A stretch of 64,000 nt of DNA, from contig LVLI01000094.1 in NCBI GenBank assembly GCA_001687465.1, positions 62,001-126,000 of the forward strand, given 5' to 3'. The translations under genes and the position numbers were made by a program. The notes beneath the pieces were generated by a model. That model was not told the DNA's origin and did no database searches. It was given only the letters and a program-made list of their open reading frames with translations. Within the stretch, counting starts at the first letter, position 1. Every line of letters begins with the position of its first letter. This stretch comes from Halocafeteria seosinensis (taxonomy: Eukaryota). This document shows, piece after piece, positions 53,301 to 64,000 of this stretch.

Positions 53301-55394
53301 GTTTTAGCCCCAGCTCGAGCTGTGATCACTCCAATTTGAGTGGTCGCCTGCCCATAAATGTGTCCACTAATGGACATTTGCCTGAATTGAAAGTCGTTGC
53401 ATGTTAATGTCCCTGTTTTGTCGCTGAAGACATGAGTGATTTGCCCAAGTTCATCGTTAAGATCCATTGTCCTCACTTCAGTTGTCAGCACAGAGGGACT
53501 ATCCCCTCGCAACACTATTGGATAGGTTGCGTCGGAGTTAGGTCGTTTGAGAGATCTCGAGGACCCTTCATTTTCATCTGAAATCGTTCCCCCCGAGCCG
53601 TTGTGTCGAAGGCGAGTGCATCGAAGATCGTCGAAGATAGAATAAGGGATCCACACACTATTCTTAGGAACCAGCGCCATTTCTCTGCACAATTTAGATT
53701 CTTCGTTATTCTCTTCCTGAACTTTACGCCATTTAATAGGGATGAGACTTACCGGTCACGATCCATCATATACTTCTGGGCTTGTCGAGAAATCTTGATG
53801 CTCACGTACAGAGATATAGGAACAAGTTGCGACATGAGTAAAAAGAAGGTAAAAAAGCGCAAGAAAAAGTCACCAGCGCCAACGTTGTCGAACTCCAAAT
53901 ACCAGTGTGAGTTCTCGTTGCTATTCTCCCAAACAGAATTCAAAGCGGCCCCAACGACGCATAGAACGAACTGGAACAAGAACATGCCGACGACGAAATA
54001 ATCAATGTTGCCCGATAGAGAAGCGGACTTTTCCAGCGTGCTCCCACCACCCCCGAAATTGATCTTAGTATCATAACCAGTGTATATCACAAGCCCGTAG
54101 ACGTACGAACAATTTCTCAACTCTGTGGAGCGAAGGAGGAGGTTCTCTTTCTCGAGAAACTCCGCGTTCTGTGTTGAATGAACCCACCATGAGATATTCG
54201 ACATAGCGTGAATAGTACAGAGCAAGAGCATGTAGCCACTTCACACTTACAGCCTCATCATTATTCAGGATAAGTTTCCCACTGAAGCGGTCCAGTTCCC
54301 CGTTAGGAGGATCACAGTCTACTTTGGCGACCAAAGTTGTCCACACTCGATCATTTGCATCTTCACTTTCGAGAGGATAGAGCACAGTACCATCTCTTGG
54401 GTCTTGGTTCGCAAGCATATCAGCCGTTTTTGGAATGGCACGTCGCATCTTGAGATTGTTCTCTCCTGGAGCAATAGAGCAAAGTCAAACCAGGAGCCAA
54501 CCTATTGACAGAATACGGAGCGATCCCCTTACCGTCTAGATCCTTCGTATTCACATGGCATCTGCGATGCTTGTTTCCTAACTCTTTGAGGTTGTTATGT
54601 ACTGCAAAGAACCGACAGCACCATATTTTACTCTTGCGAGTGCACGCTGTACTCAAAAACTCACGTACCAGCACCAAGACAAAGCATATCACAAGGAAAT
54701 CTTTCCTCTTGCCGAACTTTCACAATATCACCTACGCGCACATCCTTCCAGGATACCGGCGTATCCAGTATTTCTCCATTCCGGATGACTGGCACTTTGC
54801 TCTTGATGTTGATATTTCGATCAGCAACGTGTCTATTATAGTCCTGAACAGCGGTGAAGAATCCGTCTACAAATAGTACAAACGCAAGTGGTGCAGCAGT
54901 CGTAGGTATGCCTCCTGTTATAGAAATTGCAGGTATCGATTGTAGGATACAAATCAGCAGAAAATACTGGTTTGCAATTTCGTGGCGAAACTTTGTCCAC
55001 AGGAATTTGAAAACGAAATCATAAAAAGTGTACTTGCTCGTGAGCACTTCATTATCCTTAAAGTTCCTGCCCTGCTCTGCGTTATTCGCCTCCACTGTAC
55101 AAGCCGAAACAGGTTGATCCCCTAAGGTAGGTGAGTTGTTTCAATCAGACGAAGCAAGTATTCCCACATACCAATGCGGCGTTCAGGGGTCTGATTGTCA
55201 GCACTCTTTTTCGCCATTTCTACTGTGCTGTTGTACCGGTTTCCTTCAATGTCTGCTTTTAGCAGTGGCGAATTCATATGTGAGGGACTTGTCGGTGCCT
55301 CGGACGTAGTATCCGTTGACTCCGTGTTGCTCTTCTGCTCCCCACTGCTAGATGGTTGATCAGAGGGAGCGCTGCACCGAATAGAAAGTGACAT
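50378..55394 (-). CDS. P4-type ATPase (phospholipid flippase)
   Basis: LTSKYT, ANQYFL, VRVGDIV, LDGENNLK, LVPISLYVS, FSDKTGTLT, SPDE, GATAIEDRLQ, LTGDK.ETAINIG, AIGDGANDVEMI, LLLVHGRWNYIR. Confidence 0.97.
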
Positions 55395-55585
55395 AGTTTG
55401 ACCCGACTGTGATCCCTAGGCACTACAGTTTCAACCTCGTTATCAACACTGGGAACATGGGGCAACTAGAGCAGGATCGGGTGCCCGTTGACCAGGGGAC
55501 GGTCGGGGGCAGGCGCGAGCGAACTTGGGGCAACCGTTTCGCATGCCAATCCCGAAGGTACATACACCCTTTCCGGAGTCAAACA

Positions 55586-56808
55586 ATGGAGCTCGGATCG
55601 ACATTGGTTGGCACTACTGGCTCTGTGGACTCTACATCCGCGTCACAGAGACAGAGCGAGTGCCAACAAGAATGGAGCGAATATCTTGGCAAACTCTCAA
55701 AAAACCGAGCTCCTAGCAAACTTACACTTGAGAAGACTTCTTCATTCATTCGACTAGGATGTGATTCAGCACAGAACAGAGAACTATAGTTACAGAATTC
55801 TTCCCACTTGGAAGAGTCAATAAACAACACTGAGTAGGCTTGTGCATGCATGCTCGCCGTTCCTACTTGTATGCGATCGCCGTGCCTTGTTGCTAGAGGT
55901 CCGGGACTGGACCGGACCAACGGGAGCATGGTACGGTTGAACTTCAACTTGGCGCCTTTCTTGAAGCCTAGGTATGTATAGCATAGTGCTCTATACAGTG
56001 ATACAGCATATGATATAGTTGTTAGACTCGGTGCGTAAGACTGACGAGATAAAGTGTTCGTTTCCGACAATTGTAGAAACAGAGAGAGAGACATGAGTGG
56101 CCAATTCCAGTGCAGAGGATATCGGAAGTGGTACGTGCACATTATACACTGTAATGACCCCATGATCAAAGGCTGTACAGCAATTGATCCGATCCAGGTG
56201 CGATGCGAGGTGCGAACGCAAGAATCCAGGCCCTATCACTGATTATCCGGAAATGGGCTATTACTGCAGCGTGCATCAGTACCAAGCCCCTGAACAAGAT
56301 GCCAAAGGACGTTATAAAGCACCCCAAGAGTACCTTCCCTTTCTTAGACGTCAAACCAGTTTCCGATGCAAAGAAGATGCCATCACTTCGAGGTTGCTAG
56401 ACTATGTATGTTTTTAGTGGATTGTATGGTATGCCGTATCAATGCTTGGGAACTACTAGATTCGTCGCAGCGGTCCAACACACAAACAGCGCATATCCGA
56501 ATGTTGGATGAAAAGGAGCTGCTAAACTATCTTGAAAACCAGGAAGGGATGGACGCCACAACTGTAAGTAGGAGGCCAATCCTCACTCAGTGCTCACTCG
56601 GAGGACATGTGCATGAGCTTTGTTTTGTTCAGGCCCGTGAAACTTTTCAAGAGATGCTTTCCCAAGGAAACCTTAAGAGAATTGATGTACGTTGGATTTT
56701 CAGCAAATGCATTGTCATCAGTCCTCACTCTCTTATTTGTATATTCTATTTCAGATGCACACATCCGATAGAGGATCAAGACCGAAGTATCAGATAATGG
56801 GCTCCTGA
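55586..56808 (+). CDS. Hypothetical multi-exon protein, possibly RPA2/STN1-like (OB fold plus C-terminal winged helix); 5' exons unresolved
   Basis: PITDYPEMGYY resembles RPA2 'P.TDFNE..YH'; spliced C-terminus ..LDEKELLNYL..TT|ARETFQEMLSQGNLKRID|MHT..PKYQIMGS*. Confidence 0.3.
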
Positions 56809-56825
56809 AGTCCAGAAACAGGATA

Positions 56826-59800
56826 CTACGCTGGAGTCTTCTTCACAGATTGCATCTGGTTATATTGGGCAAACTGCTTGTCTTTGGGGTCACCCCTCTC
56901 TTTATTGGTTTCATCATCTGCGAGCCTCTTGATGCGATCTGTTGTGAAATGGAAAACTTGTCCGGTGACTACCGCTGCTGAACGAAAGTGAAACAAAGCC
57001 GCTGCGACGTACCAGGCTTCACGTGAATGGGAACCTTGTCGTTCTCGTTCACACTACCATTCCGTGCATAGTTTTCGTCCATGTCAGTGAGATAGCAAAT
57101 CAAACTGCAAGGCACGCAAAGAGTCTTCAATTCAGAAAGGAAGCCGCCTTGGAGCTCTTGGCTACGTACATGGAATCAACAGCAACATCGAAGACAGCGA
57201 AGAACGCCGTGGCGACGACGTACGCAAAAAGCCAGGTGATTATAGCTGTCATCCAGACGGATGAAACTTCCTCGGAACCCCCTTCTTTAAACCTATCGAG
57301 ATTGTCGACTATACCGAAGCTCAGAAACGCGCACGCTGTTGCTACGAAGATTTTTCCTATCCTCATTAGGGCCTCAGCCAGGAACCCTACGACCGCGATG
57401 TGACGGAAATATGCCACAATCAATTGGATCGTCTTCTTCCCAGCTACACAGAACGACACACCCTTCATAGCAATGAACACGAAAGCTTTCCTAGTAATTA
57501 TTTTGAGACATTTTTCGAAGCACCAGAGCAAGCATTGAACCATGGAAAATAGTGCCTTTATCGCGCGGTTATTCTTCTGGACATTGCGCGTTCTACGTTC
57601 CAAATAGTACATCATCGCTCGAATCATCTTTACAACAGCGATCAAGAAGGAACCAAAAGCAATAGAGCCCATGTGGTATTTCGCAACTCTCCTGTGTTTT
57701 TGAGAGGAAAGCGGTACACATAAATTACGAAAGAGCGCGGCCAGTCCCCAAAACCTTACATGGTGGCTGACCAAATGGAATGTTTAGGTTGCTGGTAGAC
57801 GTTCAAGTCAGGAATCTCGCTCTCGTTCTTCGACCAATACCAACCACAGATTACACCGGAAATCTGCGCAATGCTCACGATGTCACGGCAAGTTCGATGT
57901 TGGCACATGAACGCTTTCTGGGGAACGTACCGCCGTTGTTGCACAGCCAAGCAAGAACTCCGAAGTCCAGAAGAAACCAAACAGATGATACACAAGTAAG
58001 TAGCGGGTGATGTCCTTTTCCTCCACGATATTGAAGATGTTACTAGCGTCAGATGCGTTAAACGGGAGGGAAGCGTTCTCTCCTGCAATTGCCTTAGCGC
58101 TTTCTTCGATCTTGTCCGTAAAGTCCTTGGTAGTGATTTCCCCTGCGACAGCGGTTCGACCAGGTGGACAAAATTATTAACTTGGGAGGCATCGTCTGCA
58201 ATTGAGCTTACCGGCAGTCATCAGTGACGCGGTAACAAAGATCCACCAACACATGAATACACCGACAGCGACTACTGTAGTCAAGGGAAACAACGAGAGC
58301 AGCGAATGGGACTTGAGTGCATCAGCCCCAAGTTTTAAAACTGCAAGATTCATATGTCGTTCCGTCTAGGTCTGATGTTGACGACGCAAACACCGGAATC
58401 CTCTTACCATTGATTGCTATACGAATGCTCTTGCGGAGAAAAAGGATGACTGCAAATGTTATCACGGTGACTCCAGTCATAACGTACGCCAAGATTTTGT
58501 AAGCCTTTTCGTTAGAATCTTCGTCCTCTAAGGATTGTTCCTCCTCTGTTGTTGAAGACTCANCTTCGAAGAACTCGTCAGAACCAGGAACATCCGCCGG
58601 ATCCACCACGCCCCCTTTCCAGTACAAAAAAGTTGTTATAGCAATTAAAAGGATCATAATAAGCGCCAAAGTTCCCCAAACTATAAATCCAGTAAAGTAT
58701 TTTAGAAAATATAACCACACTAACCCCAGGATAATTCCTCCGCCGACTGCTGAGAGGACTATTACCCACCAGGTATTGGCAAGGTCACTGCATGCGAAGC
58801 CAGAAGCGGTGGACAATTCCTTCACTTAGGGAATCGAAAGTATTAAATGCTCACCCAAAATACCTTCCCCAGAGTTGCTGCAAGGAATTTAGTTTCTTGA
58901 ACAAGAGATTCTCCTGTGCTGGCCGTTCGACAGTTGTGTCCCGGTTTTCTCTCAAGATCACACACTCGGGATCGTCTGGGTCTTCGACGCTTTCCGGAAA
59001 GATACAAACTGATTGTGAGTCAGTGTCAACTTTCACCAACGGCACGCAACGAAATAAAACTGCAGGACAGTGAAAATTCAAAACTCAGCAAAGGCAACCA
59101 TGTGAAAACGGAAACATCATTATGCGTACTAGTGGAGGTCGTAATGGGAGTAACCCAGCAGTTTTCCTTCACCAGGTTACAATTGATGGATGATGGGTCA
59201 CTAGTCGAATTTCCGTCAAGGCAGCGAAACTTGTTCTCCTGATTGTAATTTTCATTCTCGTCCTCTTTCGGTACCTCTTCGTTACAGACGACGTCGAATT
59301 GCTTTGGGCATTGGCTAACGCACACCTGCGGAGAAATTCCAATTACAACTGCAGCGGCGGCTGCGAACCTAGTGAAAACTGTCTTACGTACCCCGTAAAA
59401 TTGAAAGTCCGCGGGAGAGTCGACGTTATGGTTGATCAGCATGTCCTGGTTTGGTCGAGGGAATGCAGTGAATTTGCGGTCTTTTACCGACTCATCCACT
59501 CCGCAAGTTTTACCGCGATAATCCGTGCCAAAGACTGTAGCGTGGTAGTTTTGCCGATAACGGTTATCAAACTTCACCATCAGCATTTACTCTTCTTCTT
59601 AGATACTGGTACATACTTAAGCGCTCTGGCTCTCCCTCCTCTAAGGCAATGGAGCCGATCACAATCATTCCTATCCAAAAGAGCAGAAAAACGAGGCAAA
59701 ACGCTACATCGCGCACCTTTCTATCTTTGTCCGGGACCATGCCTGCAGGTAACCGATATCATCGGCCAGTAAAATGCGATTTACTCCTCCCACGAGTGAG

Positions 59801-59886
59801 ATATCGAAAACGTAGTGTTGATATTTACCATATTTCAGCTCTATTTCGGCATTCGTGACCGTTTTTTTCTCCCCACAGCAACCCAT
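56826..59886 (-). CDS. Choline transporter-like protein (CTL/SLC44), many exons
   Basis: FGTDYRGKTCG, Cys-rich ectodomain, IRIAI, YHMGSIAFGSFLIAVV, CLLWCFEKCLK.I.RKAF..IAMKG.SFC, VFDVAVDS. One ambiguous base (n) at 58563. Confidence 0.93.
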
Positions 59887-60855
59887 GGTTTCGTCCTTCA
59901 AATGCAACCAAGGTTCAAATCTCTATACCGTGTGAGTGTGCAAGTACCACGCAAAACCAGAGGATGTCGCTAACGATAGCTAGAGCCTTGAGTGCTGGCG
60001 ATCGGCAACAGCGAAGGATAACGCTGCTATTGTAGGAGTGAGCAGCTGCGAGCAACTTCAAGCAGAACTTCAACCAGAAGACGCGGTGGTTGAAAGCTTT
60101 GGAGTAAGCCTTCCGCCTTATGGAAGTCCCACACCACCGAGTACAATAGAGTGGTATTCTGCGCCTCTTTGGTATAGATGAAGTAGCTGTGTTCCTGAAG
60201 CCTCCTGGCCATATTTTCGTAACACACTCAGTCAGTACAAGCAATGCAGCTATCTGTGTCAAATTCACTGAAGCTGGCCCGCATTCCATACAGCACGTCG
60301 CTTCTGGTCCCATGTTTACCCTAGCATTCATGGCATGAGGCTTCGGAACCTGACCAACGCTTCGCGCAAAGAGGTACTTCCAAGAGCTACAACCTAGAAG
60401 CTGTGCTGATAGTGCTGTCTCCACGTGTCCTGTCGTTGCTTGTAGCTCTGCCAAATGAAATCAAGTGAGAACCCGCCAGGAAAAAATACATTTGTTTCAC
60501 TATATCAGCCGCATCTTAGTGTTTGAGTAAGGGTTGCGGATGAAGCCCAGCATCCATCCATTGCGTCCCACTGTTCCGCAAGCACACAAAAACCTTTACA
60601 CATCGGTCATTTCGTCCGCTTGTGCAGTCGATCTCAGGCTTATCAAAAGATCTGCGTATGTTTTTCCATGTGGAATGTTCCATCCAATAAAAACATGGAT
60701 TTCTGGTAGACCCGAACTCTTCTTCAGGAAGCCGTCTTTGTGAAGCTACAGACCGAGAGTCGTAAGCAGGCTGATAGTTCATCTACTGAGACTGAAACGA
60801 TTGCTTTCTGGATCTATTTCCCCCCCTTTGGAACAGATGAATTAACGCATATGCG

Positions 60856-62300
60856 ATGAGTACAGGCGACTCAATTGGTGCCTGGGGTGATCTCTGCGAG
60901 GAAGAGGTGGAGGAGAATGAAGACGACCGAGTGACGGAAGAAGACAGTCAAAGGAAGGAAGGAGACAAGGAGGATTGGAGGAACTTGCGGCCATCAAAGG
61001 CGAGTACATCTACTGTGAGTAGGCCACCGGAAGGTACGTCCTGTACGACCGCAGATGCGCAACACTCGTCTGAGTCCCAGCAGGGCCACCGAGACGACGA
61101 CGACGGCTCAGCCAGAGCCACGGAGGATGGGGACATAGATAAGGATGTAGTGGTTGTGGAAAATGTTCCTTCCGACAAAAGGGGGAGTAACTTCAAGCAG
61201 GAAGTATTCAGAGTTATTGAGGACGACGTCAACGGATCGACGGTGTCTATCGTCTGGCACTCAGTAGACATCGCCGTCATCATTGTACCAACATCCAACA
61301 TAGGCGAACGTGTACTCGAGGGTCTGAAGAAAAATGGCTATAAAGATGTTAGCTATTATTTTGCACGAGATAGTTTGCCGCCCCCCAAAAGTGAAAGTAA
61401 GATTTCTGCTGTGCCGGGCTCCTGTGCCATGTTATACCACCACCTTCGTAATGATGCAGAGGAAGCGAAGAATACTTCCCAACGAAGCAAGGGTCCTTCG
61501 CAACGCCTCCTTATGGGCGCGCTCGGAGGAAGACGGGCGCTAGGTAGAACTGCCAACGAGAATACACGGAGGGCTGTTCAGGTTGCGCGGAGTGATATCC
61601 GCATTGCTTTGAAACAAAGCGATGATGTCGATACCTTAACTCAAAACTTCGCAGAGATATCCATTTCTACGCCAAACTCCCCGGATTTGAAAAGATCCAC
61701 AAATACAGACACGGATGCAGGAGTCTCTGCAACTTGCGCGTTGAGGGAATACTCGTCTACTACGAGTGCGTCGGGCAGCACGCATTCCTCGAAAACTCCG
61801 GCCTCATCCTCCATCGAGTCGGGAGAGCACGATGTGCTCTTAATTGAAAGTGTTCCTTCTGACAAGGCGGGCAAAAATTTGGAATCTCATCTCTTGAAGA
61901 AAGATCCAACTGCCGAAGGACGTTTTACGATCGTCTGGCACTCTGTAGATGTTGCTGCTTTAGTAACCGATAGTAACGCTTTAGGTGAGAGACTACACAG
62001 CAAGCTGAAAGCAGAGGAATTCAATGTTCGCTATTTTTCCTCTTCAGAGCAGCTCCCTGTTCCGAAGACACAAAGTACGTTCCCTTGTATTTTGCCTCAT
62101 CGTGTTCCCGAAAGACTTCCTGTTCTTGCAATACTCTTGGTGCAGCTGAAGCTAAAACACGAACACCGCAGAAAAAGGACCCGGCGCGAAGGATGCTGAT
62201 GGGAGCACTTGGTGGCAAGAGGAGTTTAGCAAAATCAGCTAGTGAGACTACTAAACGATCTATCCAACTGGCTAGAAATGAACTCAAGCACAATAAGTAA
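60856..62300 (+). CDS. Protein with two tandem R3HCC1-like modules (degenerate RRM-like fold plus RR.LMGALG motif); introns 61397-61459 and 62075-62145
   Basis: Repeat motifs E.VPSDK.G.N, IVWHSVD.A, GER, LP.PK and R.LMGALGG.R.L each occur twice. Confidence 0.65.
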
Positions 62301-62390
62301 CAAGAGTATTCAAAGGGTGTATTTTGGTTTTAACATCTATCCAATAATGTTGGAATGCGGGGTCCATTCCTGCTTCTTCGCTACTTCAGC

Positions 62391-62893
62391 CTATTTCTTG
62401 CGAGCTTGCACTTCCTTAGCGGCAGCCTTGGTAGCACGGTTGGTTCTTCTGGAGGGACGTACTGTGCGGCGATGCTTCTTAAGCTGCACAATATCAACAG
62501 ATGGCATGCTTAACGGACCACATGAAAGTATCAATATTCTGCATGCTTACATCTTCGAGACTGGCCCCTACAATGGGACGAGCACCCTTCTGAGCGCGGC
62601 GAGTTCGGCGTCTCAATTGGGTAGTATCCTGCATTAGACAAGAAACGAAGCTATGGGGAAAACAGTCCCAATTTTATGTCAATCCGCGAAACACATACAG
62701 AAAGCTTCTTGTTGTGGCGACGCCATGCCAAAGTCCACGTCAATTTAGCTGGTTTCTTCTTTTGATGATATAGACTTTCCATCTTGGAGTTGAGGAAGAC
62801 CACCAGTTGGCCATCTCTGCGCACGAACCGAGATCCATGACCAGGATAGATTCGGTACTCGCTGAACGAGCAGGTATTTGTCTTAATAACCAT
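62391..62893 (-). CDS. RPL24: 60S ribosomal protein L24 (eL24), 3 exons
   Basis: CSFSEYRIYPGHG..FVRRDG..KKKPAKLTWT.AWRR.NKK, RPIVGASLE, basic tail. Confidence 0.96.
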
Positions 62894-63662
62894 TTTCCTC
62901 CTGTAAATCAGCAAATAAATCGTTAACAGTGATGTATACAGTCAATAACCCAAGGCTCGGGTGAGCCTGTAGGAGCACCATGCCCTCGATCGTCCGGTCC
63001 CCCCATGCGTTCCCCTTCTGACGCCCCCTGGGGCTTTTTGTGAGTCTCAGGCGCCGCCTCTCCAAGCAACTCGTATAGTTTGCAGGACCATTCCTTGTTC
63101 CTCAACCACCCATAAGAGGAATTACGGTGCAGCATAAGAGCGACAAGTATAATAGTGCTCAATGCCAACCAAAAAGCACCAGCAAAGCTGGAGCCAGCCG
63201 AAAAGGGCTCCACGAGCCCCCAAAAGATAAGTGCAGCTAGAATGTCTCTTACTTTCTTTTTGGCTCCTTAACTCCAAAAAAGAAAAACTCGTACTCCTTC
63301 TATGGACACCCGCCAAAGAGCATACAAGTCACTGTATTGAATAGAGTGGGCGACAATGCATGGCGGACGGAGTCTGTGACGACCCGGGCTGAAAGCCCGG
63401 CCGGGCCCTCCAGTGGCGACTGCAGTAGCTGGTGGAACCACGGTGCAAGATTTTGATGTGTTCGTTTTGAGGAGCGAAAGCTACAAGTTGTATGACCATG
63501 GATGCGGGAAAAGCGAACAAGACAAAGAACTTCGAAAGGAGAGGCCAACACATCAAGTCCCTCGGAGATCGCAAGTGGCAGGAGAAAGCGGTCTCGTTTG
63601 GCTTCTGTGTCCACTCAAGACGAGACTGAGACCTCAGGCACATCTGAGGTCGATGTTATTAG

Positions 63663-63848
63663 TGCTTGCATTACCTGAAAGAATGTGTTTTGGCTGTATT
63701 TTGCATAGGTACATATAGGATGTATGACTAAAAGAAAGTATACCAGAGGACGGCGCAAGGGGTCGTTAGCAGCAGTTTGCAGGGAGTCCCGTACACTAGA
63801 GTACCCATGTGCAAGGGGATGCATAGTGTATCAATTCTGGTTGTTTCT
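63663..63848 (+). pseudogene. Degenerate duplicate of the kinesin intron1-exon2-intron2 segment (source about 3285-3489)
   Basis: Shares e.g. GACGGCGCAAGGGGTCGTTAGCAGCAGTTTGCAGGG and the flanking intron sequence; carries indels and has lost the donor site. Confidence 0.85.
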
Positions 63849-64000
63849 TTCCAACTAGAGGCGTCTTGCATCGGCCCATACCGGTATTGATGATCAATCA
63901 CAACGATACAAAACTACATTGCCACCATAAGACATTACAGATCGGATGCAGCAGGAACTGCACCGTGACAAGTTTTCTCGTTCCCACCATTCCGCATTCC

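Noticed and set aside
59915..60782. Minus-strand fragments including FLLDGTFH, vaguely like a MULE transposase
   Set aside because: Single short motif, many stops, no TIRs or TSD found; cannot be supported without a search.
62923..63213. 96-aa ORF with a hydrophobic segment upstream of RPL24
   Set aside because: Non-ATG start and no homology; probably promoter or UTR sequence.
63375..63410. CCGGGCT-GAA-AGCCCGG hairpin preceded by TGACGA, hammerhead-like
   Set aside because: No intact CUGANGA core and no GAAA after the stem.
1..64000. CRISPR arrays, rRNA genes, intact transposons, prokaryotic operons
   Set aside because: None seen; the sequence is intron-rich eukaryotic DNA. Most remaining short ORFs in the track are antisense or alternate-frame shadows of the listed genes.

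Overview
Gene-dense eukaryotic nuclear DNA with short GT-AG introns (mostly ~55-90 nt). Gene content and intron style suggest a protist, possibly a stramenopile (inference). About 28 protein genes can be assembled by hand: eIF4B-like (partial), a RAD51 paralogue, kinesin, an ACL5/thermospermine-synthase-like aminopropyltransferase, a PH protein, two paralogous 3R-Myb factors, malonyl-CoA decarboxylase, CHTOP/FoP-like, CK2 beta, LYAR, RPT4, YKT6, an Aa_trans transporter, a GT23 fucosyltransferase, ERGIC3, CPT1, Sel1 proteins, a P4-ATPase, a CTL/SLC44 transporter, an R3HCC1-like protein, RPL24 and several orphans. There is also one tRNA-Leu(CAG). Best leads: (1) a 289-nt, strongly base-paired last intron of the thermospermine-synthase-like gene, carrying a cryptic 3' splice site with a premature stop and an H/ACA-like hairpin with an apparent SSU rRNA guide pocket; (2) a coiled-coil gene with four consecutive phase-0 micro-exons of 27-33 nt and tandem TQT motifs; (3) an animal-style CPT1 with the MAEA N-terminus in the same window as MCD; (4) a possible decayed viral relic upstream of the tRNA; (5) a decayed copy of a kinesin intron-exon-intron block 60 kb from its source. 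All exon structures, RNA pairings and homologies were assigned by eye, without searches.
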